In this document: piece by piece, positions 40,525 through 53,079 of the stretch | How positions within the stretch are numbered: the stretch's first letter is position 1 | Layout: every line of letters begins with the position of its first letter | Source of the DNA: Mytilus californianus | Lineage: Eukaryota | Direction of reading: 5' to 3' | DNA: 64,000 nt | NCBI RefSeq assembly: GCF_021869535.1 | Contig: NW_026262637.1 | Span: 1,736,001-1,800,000, forward strand | Made by a program: the position numbers and the translations under genes | The notes under the pieces: model-generated | What the model saw: the letters and a program-made list of their open reading frames with translations, nothing else | The model's database searches: none | What the model was told of the DNA's origin: nothing

Positions 40525-42260
40525 TTGAATATATGAACGAAATGACATAGACTTCCATCTACACATTGCCTGAGGTTAAGAATCAGTTCAACCATTTATG
40601 GCAGCTCTGTAGCAGCGCCTTTCCTGAAGAAACGAGAACTATGTATCCCTTGACTTAATCCGAAAATATTCAGTGACTATTTTAGGACTCCTAAACTGAT
40701 ATCTAGAGAAAGGAGTTCTATCAAAACAAGCATTCTGAAAGTAATTAGATATAAGAAGATGTGGTATGAGTGCCAATGAGACAACTCTCCATCCAAGTCA
40801 AATTTTAAAAAAGTAAGGTCAAAGTACGGTCTTCGCAATACATAGTCACAACCGGTTAATAATTCATTGTACTGGAACCAGATATTAACTTGATCTATAA
40901 CTTTATCATGGTGTAAACTATAGAACAAATATCAAGTCAATATATTCAAGCATGACGAGAAAAAAAAATGTGGAAAACTGATTATTAAGTAAATTTTTAT
41001 TAAGTCCAGGGACCATTACTCTGCACAAAATTACCAAACCGGAATAAAACTCGAAACTTGAGCAATTACTTGTCATGATAAAACTATATACCAATTATTA
41101 AAGCAATATCTTCAAGCATGACAACAACAAAAAATTGAGGAAAACTGATAATGTGTGTGAATTTATAGAGTATTAAGCCCAAGGACCAAAACTCGGCACA
41201 AAAATCAGCAGACTGGAACACAATATGAACTTGATATGTAACTTGACATGATAAAACTATGTACAAATTATCAAATCAATATCTTCAAGCAATAAAAAAA
41301 AAAATAATTGCGGAAAACTGATTATTTGGGGGAATTTTCTTAGTCCAAGGACCATAACTTTGAACAAAATCATTAGACTGGAACACAATTTGAACTTAAT
41401 CTGTAACTTGTCATGATAAAACTATGTACCAATTATCAAATCGATATCTTCAAGTATGACGAAAAAATATGCGGAAAACTGATTATTTGAGTGCATTTTC
41501 TCAGGCCAAGGACCATAACTTTGCACAGAAGCATCATACTGGAACGCAATTCGAACTTGGTCTGTAACTTGTCATGATAAATCTATATACCAATTATCAA
41601 ATCAATATATTCAAGCATGACGAAAACATGTGCGGACAAATGATTATTTTAATGAATTTTCTTAATCCAAGGACCATAATTTGCACAAAATCATCAGACT
41701 GGAACACAATTCGAACCTGATCTGTAACTTGTCACGATAAAACTATATACCAATTATCAAATCAACGTCTTCAAGTATGACGAAAAAATGTGCGGAAAAC
41801 TAATTATTTGTGTGTATTTGACCAAAACTCTGCACAAAATCATCAGACCGGAACAACATTCATACTTGATCTGTAACTTGTCATGATAAAACAATACACC
41901 AAATATCAAATCGATATCTTCAAGCACGAAAACAAAAATGTGGAAGACTGATTTGCCGGATTGACAGGTGGACAGACAGAAAGACGAACATAGTGAGAAC
42001 CTTAAATCCACTTAAACTCAATCGGTAGGGGACTTATAACAAAACAATTGACCAGCGACAGGTTTAAACTTGTAAATAGTTAGTTATTTCGTTTAAGCAA
42101 AAATAGGATAAGCATCTCTAGGCCGCTCATTAATAACGTGTGTGGTTCCTTCGAAGCACTGGTCAGTCTTAGATAAAATTAAATGGAGTTCAATACTATA
42201 TATATTTTTCTTGATATCTGGCGAGATGACAATATTATTTGTAAATCATTTCATTTGTTA
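40525..42260 (-). pseudogene. Tyrosine recombinase relic, interrupted by two insertions
   Basis: ELHLILSKTDQCFEG (SKTDQ at 42159-42173) and GQLFC (42039-42053); after the inserts, FQYNELL, GLSQGIHSSRFFRKGAAT (FRKGAAT at 40608-40628), then a frameshift to AAING*TDS*PQAMCRWKSMSFRSYIQ. Matches the DIRS/Ngaro YR consensus HSFRIGAAT..GRWKS..Y. Confidence 0.8.
40880..42038 (+). mobile_element. Tandem-repeat-carrying non-autonomous element (HINE/Helentron-like), unit about 120 bp
   Basis: About 9 copies of AAAATCATCAGACTGGAACACAATTCGAACTTGATCTGTAACTTGTCATGATAAAACTATATACCAATTATCAAATC..; ends with GACAGACAGA microsatellite and a terminal ATCGGTAGGGGACTTAT motif. Inserted in the YR relic. Confidence 0.7.
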
Positions 42261-42639
42261 GAATAATTTTTTTTTTATTAGTATTAATCATTAGAGTAGA
42301 GATCGTTTGTACACTATTTTCGATTGTAAGTTACTTTTACAAACTTGATCACCAAAAATTTTGATCTTTCATAAGATTATCGTCTGCAAATCGTCGACAT
42401 GAATTTACAATTTCAGAGAGTTAACGGTTTCCTTACATTTACTATATATCATTTCTAAGGTCAAGAAAAGTTCAAATCGTAATCGGCATCGCAGGTTGTA
42501 GATAATTACGTTAGGAATTTATTATCTCAGACTGTAACGTATCTAATTAGAAAGATTTTGTATTCGAAAAAGAAACATCGAAATGTGTGTTAAATAATGT
42601 GAACAGTATCAGGTATATATTGTAAACATTAAACGTAGA

Positions 42640-43240
42640 TAACAGAATATTCGTTTTAATGACAGCCAAATCGATTGAGAATATAATAATACTGCTATAT
42701 CAACATAGTCGTCGAATGCCAAGTCCCAAACCGTCGAACGTTATATCGAGCTTAATTCCGCTGCAAAAGTATCTCAGCAACATTATATTTATACTCAAGT
42801 TCAATTTCTTTATTTGTTATTTTTGTATGAGGCAAAACTGGTTTAATAACAAGTTTCCACTGTTCATATGACACTTTTTGCTTGTCATTTTCAATTATAG
42901 AGTTGTTCCTAAGTAGAACAAAAATGACATACTCGCCCGTTTGATTTTTTGATTTTATTTTAAGTACTGACTAACATCATAATCAAGACTAGGAGAGTAA
43001 CTAGTTGTTTGCGTGAGATTTGAATGATCTTTACCGATTGCATTACCTGGTCGATTTACTACATCAAAAGAACAACTATCCTCCTGAAGTTGGGGGATCG
43101 TTAGATGCTGATACTGAACCTGGTTAAAGTTGTGTTTCCTCTTGTCTTGATGCAGCTTCTAATGTTGCAGTGGCTTTTCATCTTGTTGATGACCTTCTTG
43201 TATTCATCTTAGTGCCAAACAAGTAAAAGATTACATTGAA
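42640..43240 (-). pseudogene. gag-like relic of the Ngaro element
   Basis: GEYVIFVLLRNN..KQKVSYEQWKLVIKP..KITNKE (GEYV at about 42926-42937) resembles the DIRS/Ngaro gag pattern GEYVDL..LL..KI. Many stops. Confidence 0.5.
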
Positions 43241-43617
43241 CAACCAAATCAGAATATTGCTTTGTACTATAAATAAAGAATTTGCAATTAGCGACCTTTA
43301 AAAGTTCATTGACGCCTATAACCAACCAGTTTAACATTCATCTGTCAGGAATGAAATATTTGTGTATACGTGAAGTGATACCGTTGCACAAATGTCGGTC
43401 AGCTTCCGATAACAATAAAATATTCTGGGTTACACGAGCGAGGAGGCTGATTAAACAATCTGTACCGAATGACGATGCTGTTAAAATAGCGCAAGTGAGG
43501 TGATATGTGCTAATTTTATATTATAAAATCCGTCAAAGTAATTAAACGGACACAGTGGTAATTTAACAGAATACTAGACGGTATTTAAAACACATGTACT
43601 ATATATAACTATCTATA

Positions 43618-43760
43618 ATGATGATAATAACATCTAGAATGATGATAATAACATCTAGAATGATGATAATAACATCTAGAATGACGATAATAACATCTAG
43701 AATGATGATAAAAACATTTATAATGATAGTAATAACATCTATACTGATAATAAGACAGCT
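43618..43760 (+). repeat. 21-bp tandem repeat (ATGATGATAATAACATCTAGA)n
   Basis: Four near-perfect units and about three degenerate ones. Confidence 0.9.
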
Positions 43761-44411
43761 AACAAATTGTTGCTATTGCATATATAATGATGCTTACAGT
43801 TAAGGTTATGGTGATGCAAGAGATAAAAAATAATTATGTTGAACATGCGTAACCTTCAATTAGCATCAAGCTGTGACCGCCGGAGTGAAATGTGCAGATC
43901 GGTGTCAAGCGTTGAAATGAAATGTAATAAAACGTGTATATCTCTATGTAACAGTACATAAAAAAACATTAATAGCTCAATACTTATACATAAACACCGA
44001 TCGCTACCTCCGGATAGTAAAACTATTATAACATGTAAAAATAAGCAAAATAAGCAATAAATTGAAATGAATTTGCTTTAAAACACTGATATTCCATTAA
44101 ATATCCCACAATTGTTGCGGGAGGCTAACTCCAATTATACCACCTGAGTTCCAATTGTAGAAAAGTGGTACAAAACCTGCACAATGTGGATCCTATATCT
44201 TTGTAATCACCAAAATAATTTTCTTTAAATCACCAAATAATATTCCGTCTGTTTCTTTCAAATGTCGGAATGAAAAAGATCGCGTGCGTAGTCATATTGC
44301 GCATTGACAAACATACATCTGATAGCCTACATTTAATAGAGGTGAAACAGCTAATAACACAAGTAATCTATGCTTACACTAATAACCGAATTTATGCTAA
44401 ATCATAAATAC

Positions 44412-45625
44412 TATTAAGATCGTATGTTTCTTTAAATTGATTAAAGAGAGAAATTCATTGTTCTCATTCAGTAAATCATTGACAAAACATATTCCTGCCT
44501 CACACCATTTTTCATAGAAAATAGTTTTATTATCAATTTTTAAATGTGTATTAAACCAAAAAGGTTGGCCCATAAAGTAATTTTGGTCATGGGCAGCATT
44601 CCTCAGTTTAGCCCAATTTAAAAGGATGTCCTTCCAAAATCTATTAAAATATATTGAAATTTATTTAATACTATCCCTATTCATCATCCAAACTTTATCT
44701 GCACCATATTTTCCATATTAATCATTGAAAAGAATTTTCCAAGGAGAATGATTGAAAGGGTATAATAATTTATAGATCCATGCCATTTTGAGTGCATAAC
44801 AGAATGATTCAATATGAGGCATCTTTAGCCCACCAGTATCATATGATCCACTTAGAACATTTCTTTTGATTTTATCTGGTTTACCATTCCATAGAAACTT
44901 TAAAAAAAATTTCAATTTTCTTAAAATTTTCAAAAGAGGGATTTGAGTTAATGACTGAATGAGAATTGGCAATGCTAAAGACTTGATGACTGTAATTTTT
45001 CCTAGGTATGAAAGATCTTGGTAAATCCAAGTATTTAGTAATGCCTTTATCTTTTCAATTTTCTCTTCAAAAATATAGGCAGTCTTGTCGACAGCAAAAA
45101 GATCATAGTTTATACCTTAGAGTTTAAATTTCCCTGTCTGATTCCAGTTTAATCTTTCTACTTGGTGAAATATTTCCTTTGAATGTGCTTTTGACCCAAT
45201 CCAAATGGCTTCTGTTTTTCTAAGTTTGCTCGTAAACCAAAACACTCAGAGAACCTTTCTAAAATATATAGAGATTGTTCTAACGACTTTTCATCATCAT
45301 TTAAAGTTAAGGTTGAGTCATCTGCATATTGACTAAGCAAATATTCAGAGTTGTCCATCTTAATACAATTAATATCTGCATTATTTTTCATTGCTGCACT
45401 GTTTCAGTTCCAAAGCTAGTACAAAAAGGTAAGGGGATAAAGTATTCCCTTGACGAACCACTCTGTCTATCTTAAAGAAACTAGATCAATGACCATTATT
45501 TATGATACAACTTTCGATATTGAAATATAAAGATTTTACCCAATTACAGAAATCAGGACCAAAACCTAAGAATTCAAGTGTTTTCTTTATGAATGACCAT
45601 TCAAGAATATCAAATGCTTTTTCAA
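44412..45625 (-). mobile_element. L1/Tx1-clade LINE, 5'-truncated RT part
   Basis: DFEKAFD at the truncation point (about 45609-45629), RQGNTLSPYLF, SQYADD (YADD at 45317-45328), FLWNGKPDKIKR..GGLKMP..ALKMAWI, QPFWFN. Frameshifts and stops present. Confidence 0.9.
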
Positions 45626-46633
45626 AATCCTAAACGAATCTTGGACAGTGGTGTAACAGCAAAACATATGATTAAACTATAAAAACAGTTGAAAGGTTTT
45701 AACTCATCAGATCGACACAAAGCAGAAAAAACAAGTAGCAAAAACACAGACCGGACGTGGCAGGGTATTCACACAACATCAAAAGCTGTGTGCATTTGTG
45801 AGAATGCTCACACTGAAGCTAGTTCAAAGCCAATAAGAACTAATAAAACATCATGAATCTAAGACTAAAATATCAATCAGTACACATCCAACATACAGTG
45901 AATTTAGTATAAAGACGTTTTTAACAGTCAGATAAAAAGATGACCTTTTGCAATGGCAAATTACAGGTATCAACAGATTGTAGAACCGTGAATGTGCATA
46001 TGTATATAACAATAATATTTAGTTTGCTTTTAATTTATTGATAACCAAATCAATATGTAAATCAATAAAAACTGTTTCAAATATCTAATCACAATGTTGA
46101 ATTGGTAACCTCACAAAATATGTTTATCTAAAGGAAAGATAAGTTTACACGTATCTTCTTTAAGTTTACGGGGTCTGTAAACAGCATGTCTGTAAAAATA
46201 AGAATGTGCTATCCCGTTTGAAATAACTATGTGTTGATCATTAATACACCAACTTCTTTTTAATCATTTAGAGGACAGGATGCACCACACGGAGAGTAAA
46301 AAACAAATACGTCGAAAAGAACCTCGAATAATTCTGCCGACGAAAAGACATACGACAAAAAATATTGTCAGGAAATTTCTTATTGGGCAATGAGTTTCTA
46401 CCAAAGAAAGAGGATACTCCAGATAAGCGTTTTTGATTAAGGTTAATCTGGAAAAGCGATTCGGATGCACGATAGTATTATTTTCATTAACCTCATTTAT
46501 TAGATTCTAATTAATATATCCAAAATAATTGGTCTTTGGTCTAGCGAAGCTGTAATAAACATACGTTTTATGTGTTATATATTTAACTATGTAAAGTACC
46601 TTTCCTTAGAACCTTATATGTATCTAGTTTCAG

Positions 46634-46735
46634 GAACAATGGATCATGTCATAGAAAAATTGAATTTTCTAGTCGATATAGCTATAGACAACAAGAAATA
46701 TCAACACACAGAAAACGACAGTACTTTACCAAAAG
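46634..46735 (+). CDS. HEPN-TIR-like gene exon (GTMDHVIEKLNFLVDIAIDNKKYQHTENDSTLPK)
   Basis: Acceptor TAGTTTCAG; phase 1 to phase 1. Donor is either G|GTGGTC (46735) or T|GTACGT (46744), both phase 1. Confidence 0.7.
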
Positions 46736-47353
46736 GTGGTCAATGTACGTATATCATAACAAACTTATTTACCTTTTTTATTGAAGTACCATATGACAAT
46801 GATAAAAAGGCGAAATATAAGTACATTTTTATTTTTGAACGGCTTTTGTTATGAAGAAAAAGAATTATTTGTTAACCTCAAATCTTAAGTTTGTATGACA
46901 GCTTTTTCTTTATTATTGTTTTGTCATTTAGCATCCATTGCCTGTCATATAAATTGTACTTTTTTACTGATTGATCCTTCCATGCATTTGAGACAATGCA
47001 TCTTATGAACTCTATATACTTTGCTGTTCAATGATTCTACAAACAGAGCTTGTTTTCATTAAAACATTAACCTTATCTTTTCCTGACACAATAATGTACT
47101 TTATGGATTAGTTAATGATTAATTTTAGAAAATTTCCTGTGTCAGTGTTGAAAGATGTTTTTTTGGAAAATACGTGTGATACTTCATAAGTTATCAAGAA
47201 ATACACATTTTAAAATTTAATCGTAATCATGTGTTTTGCTAATGATTGTTAAACAATAATCAACAAGTTATTTTAATTATTTAGTTGAGCGTAAACGTAA
47301 GAGGGAACAATTTGAATTACACTACATACTATTATTACAATTGTTCATTACAG

Positions 47354-47401
47354 ATAACGAAAGGTGCACAACACAGGAGCAAAAGTATAGTGAAGAGCGA
47401 G
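47354..47401 (+). CDS. HEPN-TIR-like gene micro-exon (DNERCTTQEQKYSEER)
   Basis: Acceptor TTCATTACAG, donor GAG|GTAAAG. 48 nt, phase 1 to phase 1. Confidence 0.6.
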
Positions 47402-47829
47402 GTAAAGTTATAGGTATGATAAGTTTAAAGTTCATCGGATGTTATGATAATGTTTCACCGAAGTCATTAAATATGATTAAGTAGCAGTGATGTATACACT
47501 ACAATACGCAAATAAACCACTTATTTGGGTCGAACTGTTCTGAATAAGAGGCGGAAAATACAAAAGGACGGTCAAAACTCATTGAAGAAACAGTTAACAG
47601 CATGGCAAAAACAAGGAATAACGAAAGTATAAAAAAAAACAACGGTTTACAAAACACAAAATAGAATATCAAAAATTGAGCAATACGATCCTACAAATGT
47701 TGGTTGATTTCAAGTCCTTCAGATCGGCAAATACATCCTTTTCAAAAGCAGATATGTTTTATGTAGTATTTCAAGCTATAATACGCCTGATTCCATTCTT
47801 AATCTATTTCAGTTCTTAAACATCCATGG

Positions 47830-48290
47830 CTTTAAAATACTCGGCTTTGAGCGTTCCTGATGATCAAGATTTAATTAACGTATTTGATATCCAAATAGTC
47901 GATTTGAAATTATTCCTTCAACAGTTGTATGGATGCCATAACGAGTTAAATAACCTTTTTGGATTGTCTGTGTCTAGTTGGCACTAGTATGGGCCAATTA
48001 GCATAACCACAATCCCGTCCTATTTTTCATATTGTGTAATCGTCGAGATAGACGTAACAGCAGATGTGTACTTGCATGAGCAACAAAACGGGTGCCCCAT
48101 GTGGTTCAGGAACCACTTTACCTTCAGAAACACCATATTTAACCCCCTGTATTAGTGGGGTTTGCGTTGCTCAGTCTTTAGTTTTGAGGACATGTTAGTA
48201 CTTTTCGTCTTTTGGGGTTGTGCTATTTTCTTCGACTTATTAGTTTTGATTGCGCACTTGGTATCTTACGCATCTTGATTAAAAAAGAGG
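47830..48290 (+). mobile_element. Decayed Penelope-like 3' tail with a hammerhead-like fragment
   Basis: CTCGGCTTTGAGCGTTCCTGATGA at about 47840-47863, and a tail CAACAAAACGGGTGCC..GTTTGCGTTGCTCAGTCTTTAGTTTT..GGTATCTT like 21450-21690. Confidence 0.5.
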
Positions 48291-48715
48291 GACGAAAGAT
48301 ACCAGAGGGACATTCAAACTCATTGATTAATGTACATAAGAATACAGGACTTCTTGAACAAGTGGGCAGGCACAATGACCTTGTCATTTTAAGGATGCAG
48401 TGATCCATTTTGTCCATACAAGGAGTAAAGGACTGAAAACAGCGTATAATACAAAATACTAAATTCTAGTAATGAAATTGATATGATCCACGCTAAAAGT
48501 ATGCATTGAAAAATCATATTTTATTTTGATATTATGATTAGCCAAAGATATTTGATTCACAAGAACACTTCAAAACAGGCTAAAGGAAGAAAAATATTTA
48601 GACAGTCTTGGTTATGCATTGTAAAGTCTATACGTTTCAATAAATTGAATTATTTCCCTAGCGTTTATTTGCTGTCTTTTAAAACATGAAATTAATATTC
48701 TGAATTATCTTTTAG

Positions 48716-49027
48716 ACATAGAGCGCTGTAAGTTACATTGGAGGATAGAGACCCCAGAATATCTGGAATATAAAAAGGATGATATCGTGAAGGCAATGAA
48801 AAATGCGATTGAGATTGTGAAAATAGGTACCTGTCATGAAATTGAAGACATCAATGAGGGCTCTATAACTATTGATACATTACTTCCAATCAGTATACTA
48901 CAAGACGGAAAAGCATTTCATCATTCCATTCGAAAATTTTTGGATGCAATGGTCAGCATTTGTGGGATAGACACGAGTATTCCATTAGAAGTAAAGGTCC
49001 AGATTACTTTAATTGACCAGGAACAAG
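48716..49027 (+). CDS. HEPN-TIR-like gene exon, about 104-aa alpha/beta domain (CKLHWRIETPE..INEGSITIDTLLP..IRKFLDAMVSICGIDT..VKVQI)
   Basis: Acceptor TATCTTTTAG, donor AAG|GTAAAT. 312 nt, phase 1 to phase 1, open. Confidence 0.8.
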
Positions 49028-51559
49028 GTAAATTATCACATATATTGGTTTTTTTTATAATATATTACCCAACAAAAATTTTGTGGATCGCTTGACGTCC
49101 AAAAATAAAGATCGTTCTCACATTGAGTGTTACTTAAATATAATTATTTCTAACATTACGCTGAAATGATCAAATTCAGATTTCTATCTGAACTTCTGAC
49201 ACACATTTTGGTAAGTTGATTGACCAGTTCATGGGTTAGAATTACTACACAAGCGGTAGTTCAGACATATTGTGTGTATAAATTAGATCGAATATAGGCA
49301 TCAACAGGACGAAGAAGATAAAATATGGTCAAGAACAGATGGAATAACGAGAAATAAATTATTCATTGTATATGTAGTTTCTAATCTCTTTGTATTTCAT
49401 GTTAGTGGTTGATGAAAAGATATTGTTGATACTTTCACAGTATAGCTCTTATCTATTTATACATTCATGTGTTCAGAATAACATTTTGTTTCATTTTTTT
49501 TTATATTCAAACAACATCTTTTTTAGAGAAAAGAGTTTTCGGAATACTGGCCATTTATAATTAAACATCATTACGTTTTTTGAATTGAAAACTGATGGCA
49601 TTTGTTAATTTTCTTTGAAAACATAAATTAACTGCTTTGAACTTTCAAATATGTGCACAAGTGAAACAAAGATGCACATAGTCTACATTTCCTCACGGTA
49701 TATTCTTAATACTGTATGCTTAAACACGTAATTACCAGGTTCGTCTAGTGGGTGTTTCGTTCCTGAAAGTATCACTTACCAAGTAGTCAGCATTTGTATG
49801 TACATGTACTGTACATATAATGTTGAATTATTCGATACACATAGGTTTACCTCCTTCATAGGCATAGATTGCTTTAAGCGTGTTAGTTTCAGAATTATCG
49901 GTTTTTGAAATGCGCTTTATCTTCGTATGTGATTTTGCTCTCAAACTGTTTTGATTAGAGCGCCAATGCTGAGTCTGATGGACGAAATGCAAGCCTGGTA
50001 TATGTCGTGATGTTTTACAATCACTTGGTCGATTCCACTGTTGGTGAATGATGCGTTCCCAAGGATATCACCAGCCTAGTTGTCAGCATTTTTGTGTCGC
50101 GATTTCATATGTTCTTTTTCCTTAGATTTACTGTTGAATTATTTGACAAATTCAACCTGCAGGCAAACGTTTTTTAGCTCTGTTTGGAATTGTCTACTTT
50201 CTATACTCTTCAACATAGTTTTTTATTTGGCCTTTTGATTTTTTTTATTCGAGCCCACTGCTCAACTTTCTGCAGACGAACAGCGTGTCTGATGTATCAA
50301 TTTTAACAACCTCAAAACGGTGTCATATTCTTCAATCTGTGTCAAGTCGAAATGACATTCGTCAACATATGTCTGTGTTAAAATATTGCTTCTTCAAATC
50401 TGTGTTCAATAACGTCGTTTACAAATCTATGATGAAAGTGAAACCGGCAGTCCCCTGTCATCGTTTGTTTTTGTTGAATTTTTTACCTTGAATTGGTTTA
50501 CTTGACTTGCTTATGAATTCTTTCTATTAACTGTTTAGCCACATTTTGTTTCATGCTGCAATGTATAGATATCTCCACAAACCTTGTTATGATCCTGTTT
50601 ATTTTATTTTTTTTGTAATGATTAGTTTTTGCCTTTCTTTCTTTATCATTGACATTATCAGTTGGAATCTGAACAAGAGAACAAATATAAAAATAAAATG
50701 ATGTGGTTTGACAGCTCTCCACACGAGACCGAATTGCATAGGAATTAACAACTATAGGTTACCGTACGGCCCTACACAATGAGTAAAACCCATTCCGCAT
50801 AGTCAGTTTTAAAAGGCCCCGTATGACGTCGACAAATGTAAAACAATTCAAACGAGAAAACTTACGGCCTGATTTATGTAAAATATAATGCACGTAAAAC
50901 AATCAACAGCAACAAACGGCAACCACCCAAAATTCCGTATAACTATTGTAATGACATTCTTTTTTTAAAGAACAATTTGCTGATTTCGCTCGGCGAAATA
51001 ACTCATGAACAAAACATTAAAATGTAGATTTCAAGAAAAAAAGAGCAAATTAATTTTAAGTATAAATTCATGTGGCCTAAACAGGAAGCAATCATCTGGC
51101 GTAGCTTGATAACATTACATTTAAATCTCAATGTTCTATGATTTTGAATATTGTTTAGACAAAAACAAATCGAAAATGAATTAACAACTAGTGTGGTCTC
51201 GAATGAATGGTGCATAATGGTATATATGCACTTCAAAAGGAGAGAAACGGGATGACTTGGTTAGTTGAGTTAAATCAAGGCACAAATATTCAACCGATGT
51301 TCGAAACTCATAAATCAGTAAGGAATCAATCGGTGAAATGACATAAAAGACGACTTTTCTATTATGTAACGAAAACATGTCGCCAGTGAGTTAGATTATG
51401 AAGGAGATACAATGGATTAGCTTTGGCTTGTTTTTACGATACAACACTTATGACACGTATAGAAGGACACGCTGACCATGTCAATTTACACGGTTTTGTT
51501 CCTTTATAGATTCATATGATGAACTCAATTTATGTTTGTAACTTGGTATGTCTGTTACT

Positions 51560-53070
51560 ATTCTTTGTGCGAGATTTGAACATCGATAAACTACTGTTAA
51601 AAGTGTCCTTAGAAACAACGTTATATTGCTGGGTCTTCCAAGTGCTCCACGTAACCTCTTTCTAAATCAAAAACATCAATTTTATCAGCAATCAAAGCCG
51701 CGCTTAAAGGTTATTGTGAAACCACATATTCTAGAGGTGGCGTTAATACTAAAAAATCCCAAAGATCTGTTATAGTAAATGCAATCTAAGTCTTTTTCAC
51801 CTGCAAAAGTATTAAAACATATGACTTTTCTACACTTTACATAAGTATTGGCCATTCCAAACGCAATGGCGAATTGAAAGGGTTATGCCTGTTTTGTTTA
51901 GTAAAAAAGAATAGCCAACAACGATACAAGTATCTTGTCTTAGGGAGTTAGAAATCGTATTTTGTAAAAAAAAAAAATCACCCTGATTCAAACAAACAAA
52001 ATCTTTGAAACTGATATATGCATTATCACGATGCTTTATTTCTTGATTGACAACATATTTATTACGTTTTGAGAACTAGTTCTTGAAAAAACAATCGGCA
52101 TTCCCATAGGAACCAGGTGTGCTCCTTATCTTGTCGAGTTGTTTCTTTATTCATATGAGGCAGACTTCATATAAGTACTTCTTATGAAGAAAGAAAATAA
52201 GTTAGCCGTATCCTTAAACTATACTTTCCGCTATGTTTGCCGTTTTTTTCGTTTTGAACATAGATTAGACCGTTGGTTTTCCTGTTTGGATTATTTTACA
52301 TTAGTTATTTTGGGGCCCTTTATATCTTGCTGATCGGTATGAGCCAAGGCTCCGTGTTGAAGGCAGTACTTTGACCCATATTTTTTTTATTTTTACACAT
52401 TGTCATTTGGATGGAGAGTTGTTTCATTGGCACTCATACCACGTCTTCTTATTTCTATATGGTTGATGTTTTCTCAAAATTTGGTGACTATGCTAAAAAC
52501 ATCTATCCCAACGAACTTGAGATAAAGGAAACTACAGATACAGTTAAGGCTGCATCATATCTTGATTTACATCTAGAAATTGACACGAGGGACGGTTGAT
52601 AATAGAAATTACGACAATAGGAATGATTTCAACTTCCCAGTTATGAACTTTCCATTGCTATCTAGCAACATTCTAGCAGCGCCTACATACGAAGTATATA
52701 TCTCCCAGTTGACACGACATTAAAGGGCTTGTATTTCCTCTCATGATTTTCCCGATAGAGTGTTTATGCTAACTAGGTAGCTATATATTATACCGATAGT
52801 TCCAGGTGAGTGGTGAGGTTAAACGCACCCTTTCGTTCATTTTACGGACAACATAACGACTTGGATGACCTAAATGAATGTCCATAGAAAATAGCGGATA
52901 GGTTCAAATTGTCATCAATTCAATCTTGTCCTGCTTTCCCCGAATGTTACCTACCGAATTAGACTTATGACTTGGTTTGCCCTAAAATGAGCAACATGAC
53001 GGTAGTCACATGTGGAGGAATATCTGCTTACCCTTCTGGAGCACTTGAGATCACCACCAGTTATTGTTTG
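51560..53070 (+). mobile_element. Penelope-like RT fragment, heavily mutated, with a family-1 repeat inserted at the YxDD motif
   Basis: FLIDNIF..IGIPIGT.CAP.LV.LFLYSYEADF..TFRY | insert about 52235-52455 | (M)VDV..IYPNELEIKETTDT..SYLDLHLEID. Confidence 0.75.
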
Positions 53071-53079
53071 CTTTGTGAC

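Larger units (their letters stand above)
38290..44411 (-). mobile_element. Ngaro-type tyrosine-recombinase retroelement, non-autonomous, with split direct repeats A1-internal-B1-A2-spacer-B2
   Basis: A1 44222-44411 = A2 39096-39285 (190 bp, 7 mismatches counted by eye). B1 39291-39741 = B2 38290-38752. Flanked by TATTA (38285-38289, 44412-44416); internal junction TATCA (39286-39290). Relic gag, YR and SGNH ORFs lie inside. Confidence 0.8.

Noticed and set aside
43618-43803. ORF MMIITSR repeated
   Set aside because: Translation of a 21-bp minisatellite.
38290-44411. LTR retrotransposon interpretation
   Set aside because: The repeats are split (A..B-A-B) rather than two full LTRs; no TG..CA ends, PBS or integrase; a YR is present.
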